From the NCBI GenBank assembly GCA_964644635.1, contig CAZXXL010000020.1, positions 163 through 24,162 of the forward strand: a stretch of 24,000 nucleotides of DNA. The letters run 5' to 3'. Source of the DNA: an uncultured Thermoanaerobaculia bacterium (GTDB taxonomy: Bacteria; Acidobacteriota; Thermoanaerobaculia; Thermoanaerobaculales; Sulfomarinibacteraceae). Position 1 is the first letter of the stretch; every line of letters begins with the position of its first letter. Of this stretch, positions 16,177-23,082 are shown piece after piece. Below the pieces are notes generated by a model. It was not told the origin of the DNA. It worked only from the letters and a program-made list of their open reading frames with translations, and did not search any database. Position numbers and translations under genes: made by a program.

Positions 16177-18108
16177 ATGGACCGCCCCCGCCGGCTCTTG
16201 CGGCGCCTCGGCGTATCGGTGGCGCTTCTCGCCGCGGGGGCCGGCGTCGTCGCGGCCCAGACGCTGGAGATCTGGCAGATCCAGGGGCCGGGAATGGCCT
16301 CCCCTTGGGCCGGCCGACGGGTCACCACCGTCGACAACCCCGTGACCGCCGTGGCCGCCACCGGCTTCTTCATCCAGACGCCCACGGCGCGGAGCGACGG
16401 CGATCCGAACACGTCGGACGGCATCTTCGTCTACCTGGGCGGGCCGCCCGCGGTGCGGACGGGAGACCTGGTGGACGTGACCGGTACCGTGGTCGAGTTC
16501 GACGGGGTCACCGAGATCGCGACCAACCCCGTGGTCACCGTGACCGCCCACGGCGCGCCCCTGCCCCCGCCCGTGGACCTCGACGCCCGCCACCCCTCTC
16601 CCAACCGGCCGCAACCGGAAACCGAGCTCGAGCGCCTGGAGGGCATGCGCGTCCGGATCGCGACGGGTACCGTCACCGGCCCCACCGACCGGCACGGGAG
16701 CTTCGCCGTCGTCGCCAGGAGCACCAGGGCCTACCGGGAGGCCGGCATCGCCTTTCCCGGCCTGCCCGGGCTGCCGGTCTGGGACGGCAACCCGGAGATC
16801 CTCGAGGTCGATCCCGACGCCCTCGGCCTCCCCGACGTCGTCGCCGCCGCCGGGTCGCCGGTTACCGGCCTCGAAGGAGTGCTCACCTTCGCCTTCGGCC
16901 GTTACCGGATCTGGCCCCAGTCGCTCACGGTCGGCGCGGTCCCGGGCCCGGGCCCCGTTCGGCCGCGCGTGGCCGGCGAGCTCACCGTCGCCACCCAGAA
17001 CCTCGAACGCTTCTTCGACGATGCCGACGACCCCGCCACCGACGACACGGTCCTCGCCCCGGCCGAGCTCGAGACCCGGCTCGCCAAGGCCTCGCTCTGG
17101 ATTAGCGACGTCCTCCGCGGGCCGGACGTTCTGGCCGTCGAGGAGGTCGAGAACCTGGCCGTGCTCCGGCGCCTCGCCGACCGCGTGGCGACGGACGACC
17201 CCGCCCTCAAGTACACCGCCTACCTCGTCGACGGCCACGATCCCTCCGGCATCGACGTCGGCTTCCTGGTGCGCCCGTCCCTCGAGGTCCTGCGCGTCGA
17301 GCAGCTGGATGCCGGTGCGACGTTCACCTTCGGCGGCTCCACCTTCCCCACCTTCGACCGTCCGCCGCTGCTCATCGAGGTGCTGCCGGCAGGCGCGGAG
17401 GGCCCCGCCCCGCTGACCCTGGTCGCGGTGCACCTGAGGTCTCTCAACGGCATCGACGACCCCGCCAAGGGTCCCTTCGTGCGTACGAAGCGGTGGCAGG
17501 AGGCCGTCGCCCTCGCCCGTGACATCCAGGCCCTCCGGGCCGCCGACCCGGCGACGAAGCTCGTCGTGCTCGGCGATTTCAACGCCTTCGGTTTCACGGA
17601 CGGCTACGTCGACGTGATGGGACAGATCACCGGCCGGCCGGACCCGCTCGGCGCCCTCCTGCCGCCCGTTCCGGGCATCGTGGCGCCGCCGCTTTCGGAT
17701 GCCGTGTCGCTCCTGCCGCCGGCCGCACGCTACACCTTCGTCAACCGGGGCATCGCGGACGATCTCGACCACGTCCTCATGTCGCCATCGCTCTTCCCCT
17801 GGGTCCGGGGTGTCGCGGCCGGCCGCGGCAACGCCGACGCCCCGGTCTCCCTCGCCGACGAGCCGGGCACCGCCCTGCGCACGGCCGATCACGACGGCCT
17901 CGTGCTCTACCTGATGACCGACGCCGACGGCGACGGCGTGCCCGACGACCGCGAGCCCTCCGGGCCCCGGCCGCCACGACGGGCCGGCGGGCGGTCGCGC
18001 GCCGTCGGCGCCGCGGACGAAAAAGTGGCCGCGGCGTCGAGGGAGGACGGTTCCGCGGCCGGGAAAAGAGTAAGGATGGAGGGTCCCGTTTCGAGCTACA
18101 TACCGTAA
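16177..18108 (+). CDS. secreted ExeM/NucH-type extracellular nuclease (N-terminal OB-like domain + endonuclease/exonuclease/phosphatase domain)
   Basis: I start it at ATG 16177, preceded by GGGGG (MDRPRRLLRRLGVSVALLAAGAGVVAAQ signal peptide). It has IWQIQG...GFFIQTP...DGD.NTSDGIFVY...GDLVDVTGTVVEFDGVTEI, the ExeM/NucH N-terminal signature. EEP blocks follow (LTVATQNLERFF, VLGDFN, DHVL, ADHDG), then a Ca-binding-like DADGDGVPDD. The last ~55 aa are low-complexity. Confidence 0.8.
   Translation: MDRPRRLLRRLGVSVALLAAGAGVVAAQTLEIWQIQGPGMASPWAGRRVTTVDNPVTAVAATGFFIQTPTARSDGDPNTSDGIFVYLGGPPAVRTGDLVDVTGTVVEFDGVTEIATNPVVTVTAHGAPLPPPVDLDARHPSPNRPQPETELERLEGMRVRIATGTVTGPTDRHGSFAVVARSTRAYREAGIAFPGLPGLPVWDGNPEILEVDPDALGLPDVVAAAGSPVTGLEGVLTFAFGRYRIWPQSLTVGAVPGPGPVRPRVAGELTVATQNLERFFDDADDPATDDTVLAPAELETRLAKASLWISDVLRGPDVLAVEEVENLAVLRRLADRVATDDPALKYTAYLVDGHDPSGIDVGFLVRPSLEVLRVEQLDAGATFTFGGSTFPTFDRPPLLIEVLPAGAEGPAPLTLVAVHLRSLNGIDDPAKGPFVRTKRWQEAVALARDIQALRAADPATKLVVLGDFNAFGFTDGYVDVMGQITGRPDPLGALLPPVPGIVAPPLSDAVSLLPPAARYTFVNRGIADDLDHVLMSPSLFPWVRGVAAGRGNADAPVSLADEPGTALRTADHDGLVLYLMTDADGDGVPDDREPSGPRPPRRAGGRSRAVGAADEKVAAASREDGSAAGKRVRMEGPVSSYIP
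18019..18060 (-). terminator. intrinsic (Rho-independent) terminator of the sigma54-driven orphan gene
   Basis: The minus strand reads GGCCGCGG-aac-CGTC-ctccctc-GACG-CCGCGGCC followed by ACTTTTTCG. That is a 12-bp GC stem with one 3-nt bulge, a 7-nt loop and a T5 tract. It begins 36 nt after stop 18096. T-runs are very rare in this DNA. Confidence 0.6.
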
Positions 18109-18695
18109 AGCGGAGCCTGCCAGTCCTGCTCCGCGGCGAACGCCGCAAGGGTGGCGTCGAGCCTTTCGTAAAGCCCGCTGATGGAGCGCTCGATCCTCTC
18201 CACGGCCTCGACCAGGGCCGGCGGCGCAACCGGCCAGCGGGCGATCTCGGGCCGGGTCAGCGGATAGACGGTCACGAGTTGAACCCCCAGGAGGTACGGT
18301 GATCCCCGGAGAGAGACCGAGCGCAGCCGTGGAAACCAGTCGAGGACGGCCAGCGGCTCGCGCGGCCGGAAACATCCGGCGAAGGTCCGGAGGCCGATCC
18401 TCCAACCCTCGCCTTCAAGCTCCGGAGCCACGCCGGTGAGAAAGCCCAGGGCGGCGCGCTGCACCTCCTGGTCGTTGTCCCCCAGGTACCCGAAGACCGG
18501 AACCGGGATCCCCAGCACGAGGAAGCGCACGTCTCCGGCGGGGAGAACCGTCGATGCGAGGCCGCGACCGGTGGTGTAGACGGTGCCCGGAAAACAGCTC
18601 ACGAGCGAGCGCCCGAGAAACAGGACCTCGGACGCGAGATCCATGGCCGGCCTCTCCGGTACCCCCGCCTCGTGCCCTTTTTCCCAAACCTCCAT
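18096..18695 (-). CDS. hypothetical cytoplasmic protein (199 aa), no family recognised
   Basis: GGTGGAGGG SD lies 4 nt before ATG 18695. The composition is natural (W/F/Y/L/E-rich rather than R/G/P shadow). No TM helix or signal peptide. It is flanked by a sigma54 promoter upstream and an intrinsic terminator downstream. Confidence 0.62.
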   Translation of the reverse strand: MEVWEKGHEAGVPERPAMDLASEVLFLGRSLVSCFPGTVYTTGRGLASTVLPAGDVRFLVLGIPVPVFGYLGDNDQEVQRAALGFLTGVAPELEGEGWRIGLRTFAGCFRPREPLAVLDWFPRLRSVSLRGSPYLLGVQLVTVYPLTRPEIARWPVAPPALVEAVERIERSISGLYERLDATLAAFAAEQDWQAPLYGM

Positions 18696-18728
18696 CGGCC
18701 CTCCACCGTGACGCTCTCACCGACGCTC

Positions 18729-18746
18729 TAGCAAGGCGCGTGCCAG
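18729..18746 (-). promoter_or_regulatory. sigma54 (RpoN) -24/-12 promoter, CTGGCACgcgccTTGCTA
   Basis: The minus strand reads TGGCAC-N5-TTGC, an exact match to the canonical consensus. The predicted TSS is about 18719, roughly 24 nt upstream of ATG 18695. It lies immediately downstream of a sigma54 enhancer-binding-protein gene. Confidence 0.75.
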
Positions 18747-18879
18747 GTCACCCGGAGTCGGCAGGATCACTGTCACCACCGCGTCCTCGGCGTCCGCCAA
18801 CGGTTCGAGGGCCCGCGAGTGAAGCCCCCTGGAAACAGAATGTGTTAACTCACGGAATCGTGCGCCGGGAGCCGGCGGC

Positions 18880-20682
18880 TCACAGGCCGAGCCTGCGCAT
18901 CTTCTTGAAGAGCCCGGCGCGGCTGAGGCCCAGCCTGGCGGCGGCGGCGGTCCGGTTGCCGCCACACTCGGCGAGGCAGGCCTCGATCAGCCGGCGTTCG
19001 AACACGTCCCGCGCCTCGGCGAGGGACATCCCGGCGAAGACCGCCGGGTCCACGCCGGCGGTGGGGTGGCCTTGGGGGTCGGCCTCCCCCCCCAGCGAAA
19101 GGTGCCGCACGTCGATGATCGCCCCCGGCGTCACCGCCGCGACGGCCCGGATGATCTCGCTCTTCAGCTCGCGGACGTTGCCCGGCCAGTCGTGACCCTG
19201 GAGGCGTTCCAGGGCGCGGACGGTCACCCCGTTGATCGGCTTGTGCATCCTCGTCGCCGCTTCCTCCAGGAACGCGCTCACCAGGACCGGGATGTCCGGC
19301 CGGCGCTCGCGCAGGGGAGGCACGTGGATGCGCAGAACGTGCAGCCGGTAATACAGGTCGGCGCGGAAGCGGCCGGCGTCGACCTCCGCCTTGAGATCGC
19401 GGTTGGTCGCCGAGACGATGCGCACGTCGCAGCGGATCGGCGTGTCCTCGCCGACCCTGTAGAGCTCACCCTGCTCGAGCACCCGGAGCAGCTTGCCCTG
19501 CAGGGGCAACGGCAGGTCCCCGACCTCGTCGAGGAGGAGGGTGCCCCCCTCGGCCGCCTGGAACCTGCCCCGCCGCGGCTGGACGCCGGTCGCCGCCCCC
19601 GGCGCCACGCCGAAGAGCTCGGCCTCGATGAGCTCCGCCGGAATGGCCGCACAGTTCACCGCCACGAACGGCCCGCCGGATCGCGGCGAGAGCTCATGGA
19701 TCGCCCGGGCGAAGAGCTCCTTGCCGGTACCGCTCTCACCCGTGATCAGGACCGGCTCTTCCTGGGCGGCGAAGCGCTCCGCCAGCTGCTTGCAGCCGGT
19801 GATGGCGGCGGAGCTGCCAAGGATGGCGTCCAGCGCGGCGGCGCCGCCGGTCCCCGGCCGGTGGGGGCCCCCGGGGCGCTGAGGACGGCCCCTGCCCAGC
19901 GCGTTGAGGACGATGCGGACCGCCGCCGCCACCGCGCAGATGTCACCGGTGGCCGGCCTTTCCTCCCCGCACCGCAGCAGCAGCTCGTGCTCCCGGTTCA
20001 CGCGGGCCACGAGCAGGGGCCGACCTGCGACCGACGTCTCGCGTACGGTCTCGCCGCCGGCCGCGGCCAGGGCCTCGTCGGCGCCGGCGAGGCCGGCTCC
20101 GATGCTCCCCAGGTCGAGGTCGCCGGAGGCGGCCACCAGGGACAGACCGCCCCGGCCGCCGGAGTGGACGACGGCGGCCGCGGTGAAGTGAAACTTCTCC
20201 ACGACCCAGCGGAGCAGGTCCGCCACCGAGACCCGCTCGGCGCACGCCGCGCTCATCTCCAGAAGCGCCACCATGTCCTCGATGTCGGCCACGGCCCGGA
20301 AGTGGGCGGTTCCCTCGCTCCCCGTCCCTTGCTCGGCCGCCGGAGCCGTCGGGCGGATCTCCGGCGCCAGGGCGAATGTCCCCGAGGAGACCTCCACGAT
20401 GGTGAGCCGCGCCGACGAGAGCATGATCTCGTCCCCGGGGCGAAGCTCTGCGGAGTTGACCGACACGCCGTTGACGAACGTCCCGTTCTTGCTGTTGAGA
20501 TCGGTGACGTGGAAGCGGCCGTGATCGGCGCGGAGCACCGCGTGGTTGCGGGAGACGTCCTTCTGGGGGATCACGATGTCGTTGCCGCTGCGCGAACCGA
20601 GCCGGTACGTCCGGCCGGCCTTGAGCTCGAACCGTTGCTCCCCAAGTTCCGGATGGTCGTAGATGAGCAGGTACCGACCCAT
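18880..20682 (-). CDS. sigma54-interaction-domain transcriptional regulator with N-terminal FHA domain, central GAF-like domain and C-terminal Fis-type HTH
   Basis: FHA blocks (YRLGSRSGNDIVI, VSRNHAVL, DLNSKNGTFVNG). AAA+ sigma54 domain (LITGESGTGKELFARAIH, GGTLLLDEVGDL, VRIVSATNRDL, FRADLYYRL, WPGNVRELKSEI). HTH (GNRTAAAARLGLSRAGLFKKMRRLGL). The GAFTGA loop reads GAATGV. Confidence 0.9.
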   Translation of the reverse strand: MGRYLLIYDHPELGEQRFELKAGRTYRLGSRSGNDIVIPQKDVSRNHAVLRADHGRFHVTDLNSKNGTFVNGVSVNSAELRPGDEIMLSSARLTIVEVSSGTFALAPEIRPTAPAAEQGTGSEGTAHFRAVADIEDMVALLEMSAACAERVSVADLLRWVVEKFHFTAAAVVHSGGRGGLSLVAASGDLDLGSIGAGLAGADEALAAAGGETVRETSVAGRPLLVARVNREHELLLRCGEERPATGDICAVAAAVRIVLNALGRGRPQRPGGPHRPGTGGAAALDAILGSSAAITGCKQLAERFAAQEEPVLITGESGTGKELFARAIHELSPRSGGPFVAVNCAAIPAELIEAELFGVAPGAATGVQPRRGRFQAAEGGTLLLDEVGDLPLPLQGKLLRVLEQGELYRVGEDTPIRCDVRIVSATNRDLKAEVDAGRFRADLYYRLHVLRIHVPPLRERRPDIPVLVSAFLEEAATRMHKPINGVTVRALERLQGHDWPGNVRELKSEIIRAVAAVTPGAIIDVRHLSLGGEADPQGHPTAGVDPAVFAGMSLAEARDVFERRLIEACLAECGGNRTAAAARLGLSRAGLFKKMRRLGL

Positions 20683-20715
20683 GGCCGCAGTGTACCGCGG
20701 ATGCCGGGCCGCGCG

Positions 20716-21867
20716 CTACGAGCCCAAGGCTGCCCTCACCATGTCGGCCGTGATCGTGACCCTGTAGGCGCCGTCTCCCATCTCCTCGAGATGCTCGCTG
20801 TGCCAGGGATCGAACTCCAGGGGATTGACGATGCGGCCGAAGATCGCGCGGAGGGCACGGGCCCCGGTGCGGGTATGCTTGGCGGCTTCTTCCGCGATCA
20901 GCGCGGCCGCGAGATCCTCGATCTCGAGCGAGATGTTCATGACCTCGAAGTACCGTCGCGAGCGGACGAACGGCGAATCCAGGGACTCGAGCAGGATCGC
21001 CTTCAGGACGTCTCCACCCAGGTCCTTGAGCATGACGATGTTGTCGAACCGGGCCAGGAACTGGGGGACCATCCCGTACTCGAACAGGTCTTCGTCCTTG
21101 AGGAAGTCCGCGAGTGCGAACCGGGTCTCGATCCGTACCGTCCCGTCCGCGGAACGGATGGCCTGGCTCTTGAGCTTCTCGCCGCTGCCGGGCTTGATGA
21201 CGCGCAGGTACACCTGGTCGTAAAGCCCTTCGAAGGCCCCGCCGCAGATGAACATCATCCGCCCGGTGTCCACGTCCAGCGTCACCTGCTGCTCCTCGCC
21301 GTCGACCACGGCGAAGGTCCGGTAGGCGACCTTCTCGCCCTCCATCAGGGTGAGCAGCCCCTGCTGGAGCACGACGCCGATGGCGTTCGGCTTGCCGGCC
21401 ACCACCGCCGCCATCTTGTCGATCTCGTCGATACAGATCGTGGCCCGTTCCATGGCGGCCGTGAGCTCCTCGGCCGTGGCCCTGGGACCGAGTAGGGCGC
21501 GGGCGCGCTGCTCGGCGGCGGTGAGCAGGCGGTCCGGCCGGAACTCCATCCGGTCCGAGTCCACCAGGAGGTTGGCGTTGACGATGGTCATGGCCCGGAA
21601 GGGGCGGTACTCCGGAATGTCGTGGTACAGCCGCCCGATGTTGTTCATGATCGTCGTCTTGCCGGTGCCGGAGCTGCCGATGAGCAGGATGTTGCCGGGC
21701 ACCTTCCCGGTCACGTGCTTGTACACGGCCACCGCGACGTAACGCAGGGCCGCGTCCTGGCCGAGCACCCCCCGTTTCAGCTCCACGAAGATCTCCGCCG
21801 GCGTGATCGCGGCGAGCTCGCGGGGCCGGCCCCCGCCGGCCGCCGCGCCGCCTTCCCCAACCGTCAT
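20716..21867 (-). CDS. ClpX-family AAA+ ATPase lacking the zinc-binding domain, GYVG pore loop, RKH loop and IGF ClpP-docking loop
   Basis: Block-by-block similarity to ClpX: ITPAEIFVELKRGVLGQDAALRYVAVAVYKH, NILLIGSSGTGKT (Walker A), ICIDEIDK (Walker B), VLQQGLLTLMEG, MFICGGAFEGL (sensor 1), GMVPQFLARF, TGARALRAIF (sensor 2). AAGGAGG SD lies 6 nt before ATG 21867. Confidence 0.85.
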   Translation of the reverse strand: MTVGEGGAAAGGGRPRELAAITPAEIFVELKRGVLGQDAALRYVAVAVYKHVTGKVPGNILLIGSSGTGKTTIMNNIGRLYHDIPEYRPFRAMTIVNANLLVDSDRMEFRPDRLLTAAEQRARALLGPRATAEELTAAMERATICIDEIDKMAAVVAGKPNAIGVVLQQGLLTLMEGEKVAYRTFAVVDGEEQQVTLDVDTGRMMFICGGAFEGLYDQVYLRVIKPGSGEKLKSQAIRSADGTVRIETRFALADFLKDEDLFEYGMVPQFLARFDNIVMLKDLGGDVLKAILLESLDSPFVRSRRYFEVMNISLEIEDLAAALIAEEAAKHTRTGARALRAIFGRIVNPLEFDPWHSEHLEEMGDGAYRVTITADMVRAALGS

Positions 21868-21868
21868 C

Positions 21869-23065
21869 TCATGCCTCCTTGACCCAGACCCCGCCGCGGG
21901 GCACCAGCCGCACGCCGTCGATGTGCACGGACCGCCCGCAGCCCCCGGGCCGGAAATCGGTCACGATGTCCACGTGCTGGGCCGACCTGTTCAGGCTCCG
22001 CGCCTTCTCGAGCTCGGCGATCTTCGCCCTGCCGGCCTCCGAGGCCGGATCCTCGACGTAGCACTCTTCGTAGCTGGCGCCGATGGCGATGTGCAGCGTG
22101 CCGCCAACCTTCTCCACGAAGAGCGGATGCCTGAGCACCCGGTCGAGGCCGGGGTTCATCCCCAGGGCGACCTCGCCGAGCCGGTGGGATCCCTCGTCGG
22201 TCTCGACGATGGTCTCGAGGTATTCCTGGCCGGTCTCTGCCGAGTAGCCGACGATCCGCCCGCCCTCGAACCGGAGATGGATCCCCTGGATGTCGTGCCC
22301 GCCGTAGTTCACCGGCAGGTCCACGAAGATCTCGCCCTCCACCGAGCGCGCATCGGGGCTGGTGAAGACCTCCCCGTCCGGGAAGTTGCGCAGGCCGTAG
22401 GAGAGCACGGCCCGGCTCGGCGACAGGTCCATCCTCAGCTCGAGCCGCCTGCCGTCCCGGGGATCCTCGGTGACGATGACGATCTCCCGCCCGGCGTCGA
22501 AGAGCGGCGCGATCCTCTCCTCCGCCTCCTTCAACGGCGCCGGGTCCTGGGTCGACGCCCGCACGATGAAGGCGGCGTACTCCTCGACGTCCATCCCCTC
22601 CATGGCGGCCGCCGCGGGGGTGGGGAACAGCGTGATGACCCACGGCTTGCCGAGGCGGATGTCGGCGAACGGCCGGTCGGCCGCGGCCAGCCGCTGGGCC
22701 TGCTCCGCCTCCAGGCCGGAAGTGAGGGCCGGGTCCTCGGCGCCCAGGACCTCGACGTACTTGGTCATGCTCCGGTAACGCTCGCCGTGCCACTCGGGGA
22801 TCCGCTCCAGCTGCTCCGGGCTGCCCCAGCGGCCCATGGCGGCCGACCAGACCCGGCCGCGCTCGTTGTTGGGCGGGATCAGGTAGACGTCGGGGACCGC
22901 CCCGGCCTGGATCACCCGCCTTTCCAGGACCGCCATCAGCGGCCACGCGATCCTCTCGCCCTTGATCATCACCCGGTCCCCGGGCTCGATCCCGCCCAGG
23001 GAATGGTCGAGAAGGTATCCGGCCCAGGTCTCCAGGTCCTGTGCATCGATCGTGATCTCCTGCAT
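21869..23065 (-). CDS. M29-family aminopeptidase (AmpS/AmpT/PepS-like)
   Basis: 398 aa with the family metal-ligand blocks NFPDGEVFTSP, RLGEVALGMN, GTLHIAIG and SAQHVDIV. Confidence 0.88.
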   Translation of the reverse strand: MQEITIDAQDLETWAGYLLDHSLGGIEPGDRVMIKGERIAWPLMAVLERRVIQAGAVPDVYLIPPNNERGRVWSAAMGRWGSPEQLERIPEWHGERYRSMTKYVEVLGAEDPALTSGLEAEQAQRLAAADRPFADIRLGKPWVITLFPTPAAAAMEGMDVEEYAAFIVRASTQDPAPLKEAEERIAPLFDAGREIVIVTEDPRDGRRLELRMDLSPSRAVLSYGLRNFPDGEVFTSPDARSVEGEIFVDLPVNYGGHDIQGIHLRFEGGRIVGYSAETGQEYLETIVETDEGSHRLGEVALGMNPGLDRVLRHPLFVEKVGGTLHIAIGASYEECYVEDPASEAGRAKIAELEKARSLNRSAQHVDIVTDFRPGGCGRSVHIDGVRLVPRGGVWVKEA

Positions 23066-23082
23066 CGGTCAACACCGCCTTT

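Noticed and set aside
16177-18695. The secreted nuclease plus the adjacent orphan protein as a nuclease/inhibitor (toxin-immunity-like) pair.
   Set aside because: The genes are convergent rather than co-transcribed. The orphan gene has its own sigma54 promoter and terminator and is only mildly acidic. I know of no dedicated inhibitor for ExeM/NucH-type nucleases. No positive evidence.
18717-18965. The 82-aa minus-strand ORF spanning the EBP 3' end and the intergenic region.
   Set aside because: It overlaps the well-supported EBP C-terminal HTH in another frame, and the sigma54 promoter lies inside it. It has no SD and a shadow-like composition.
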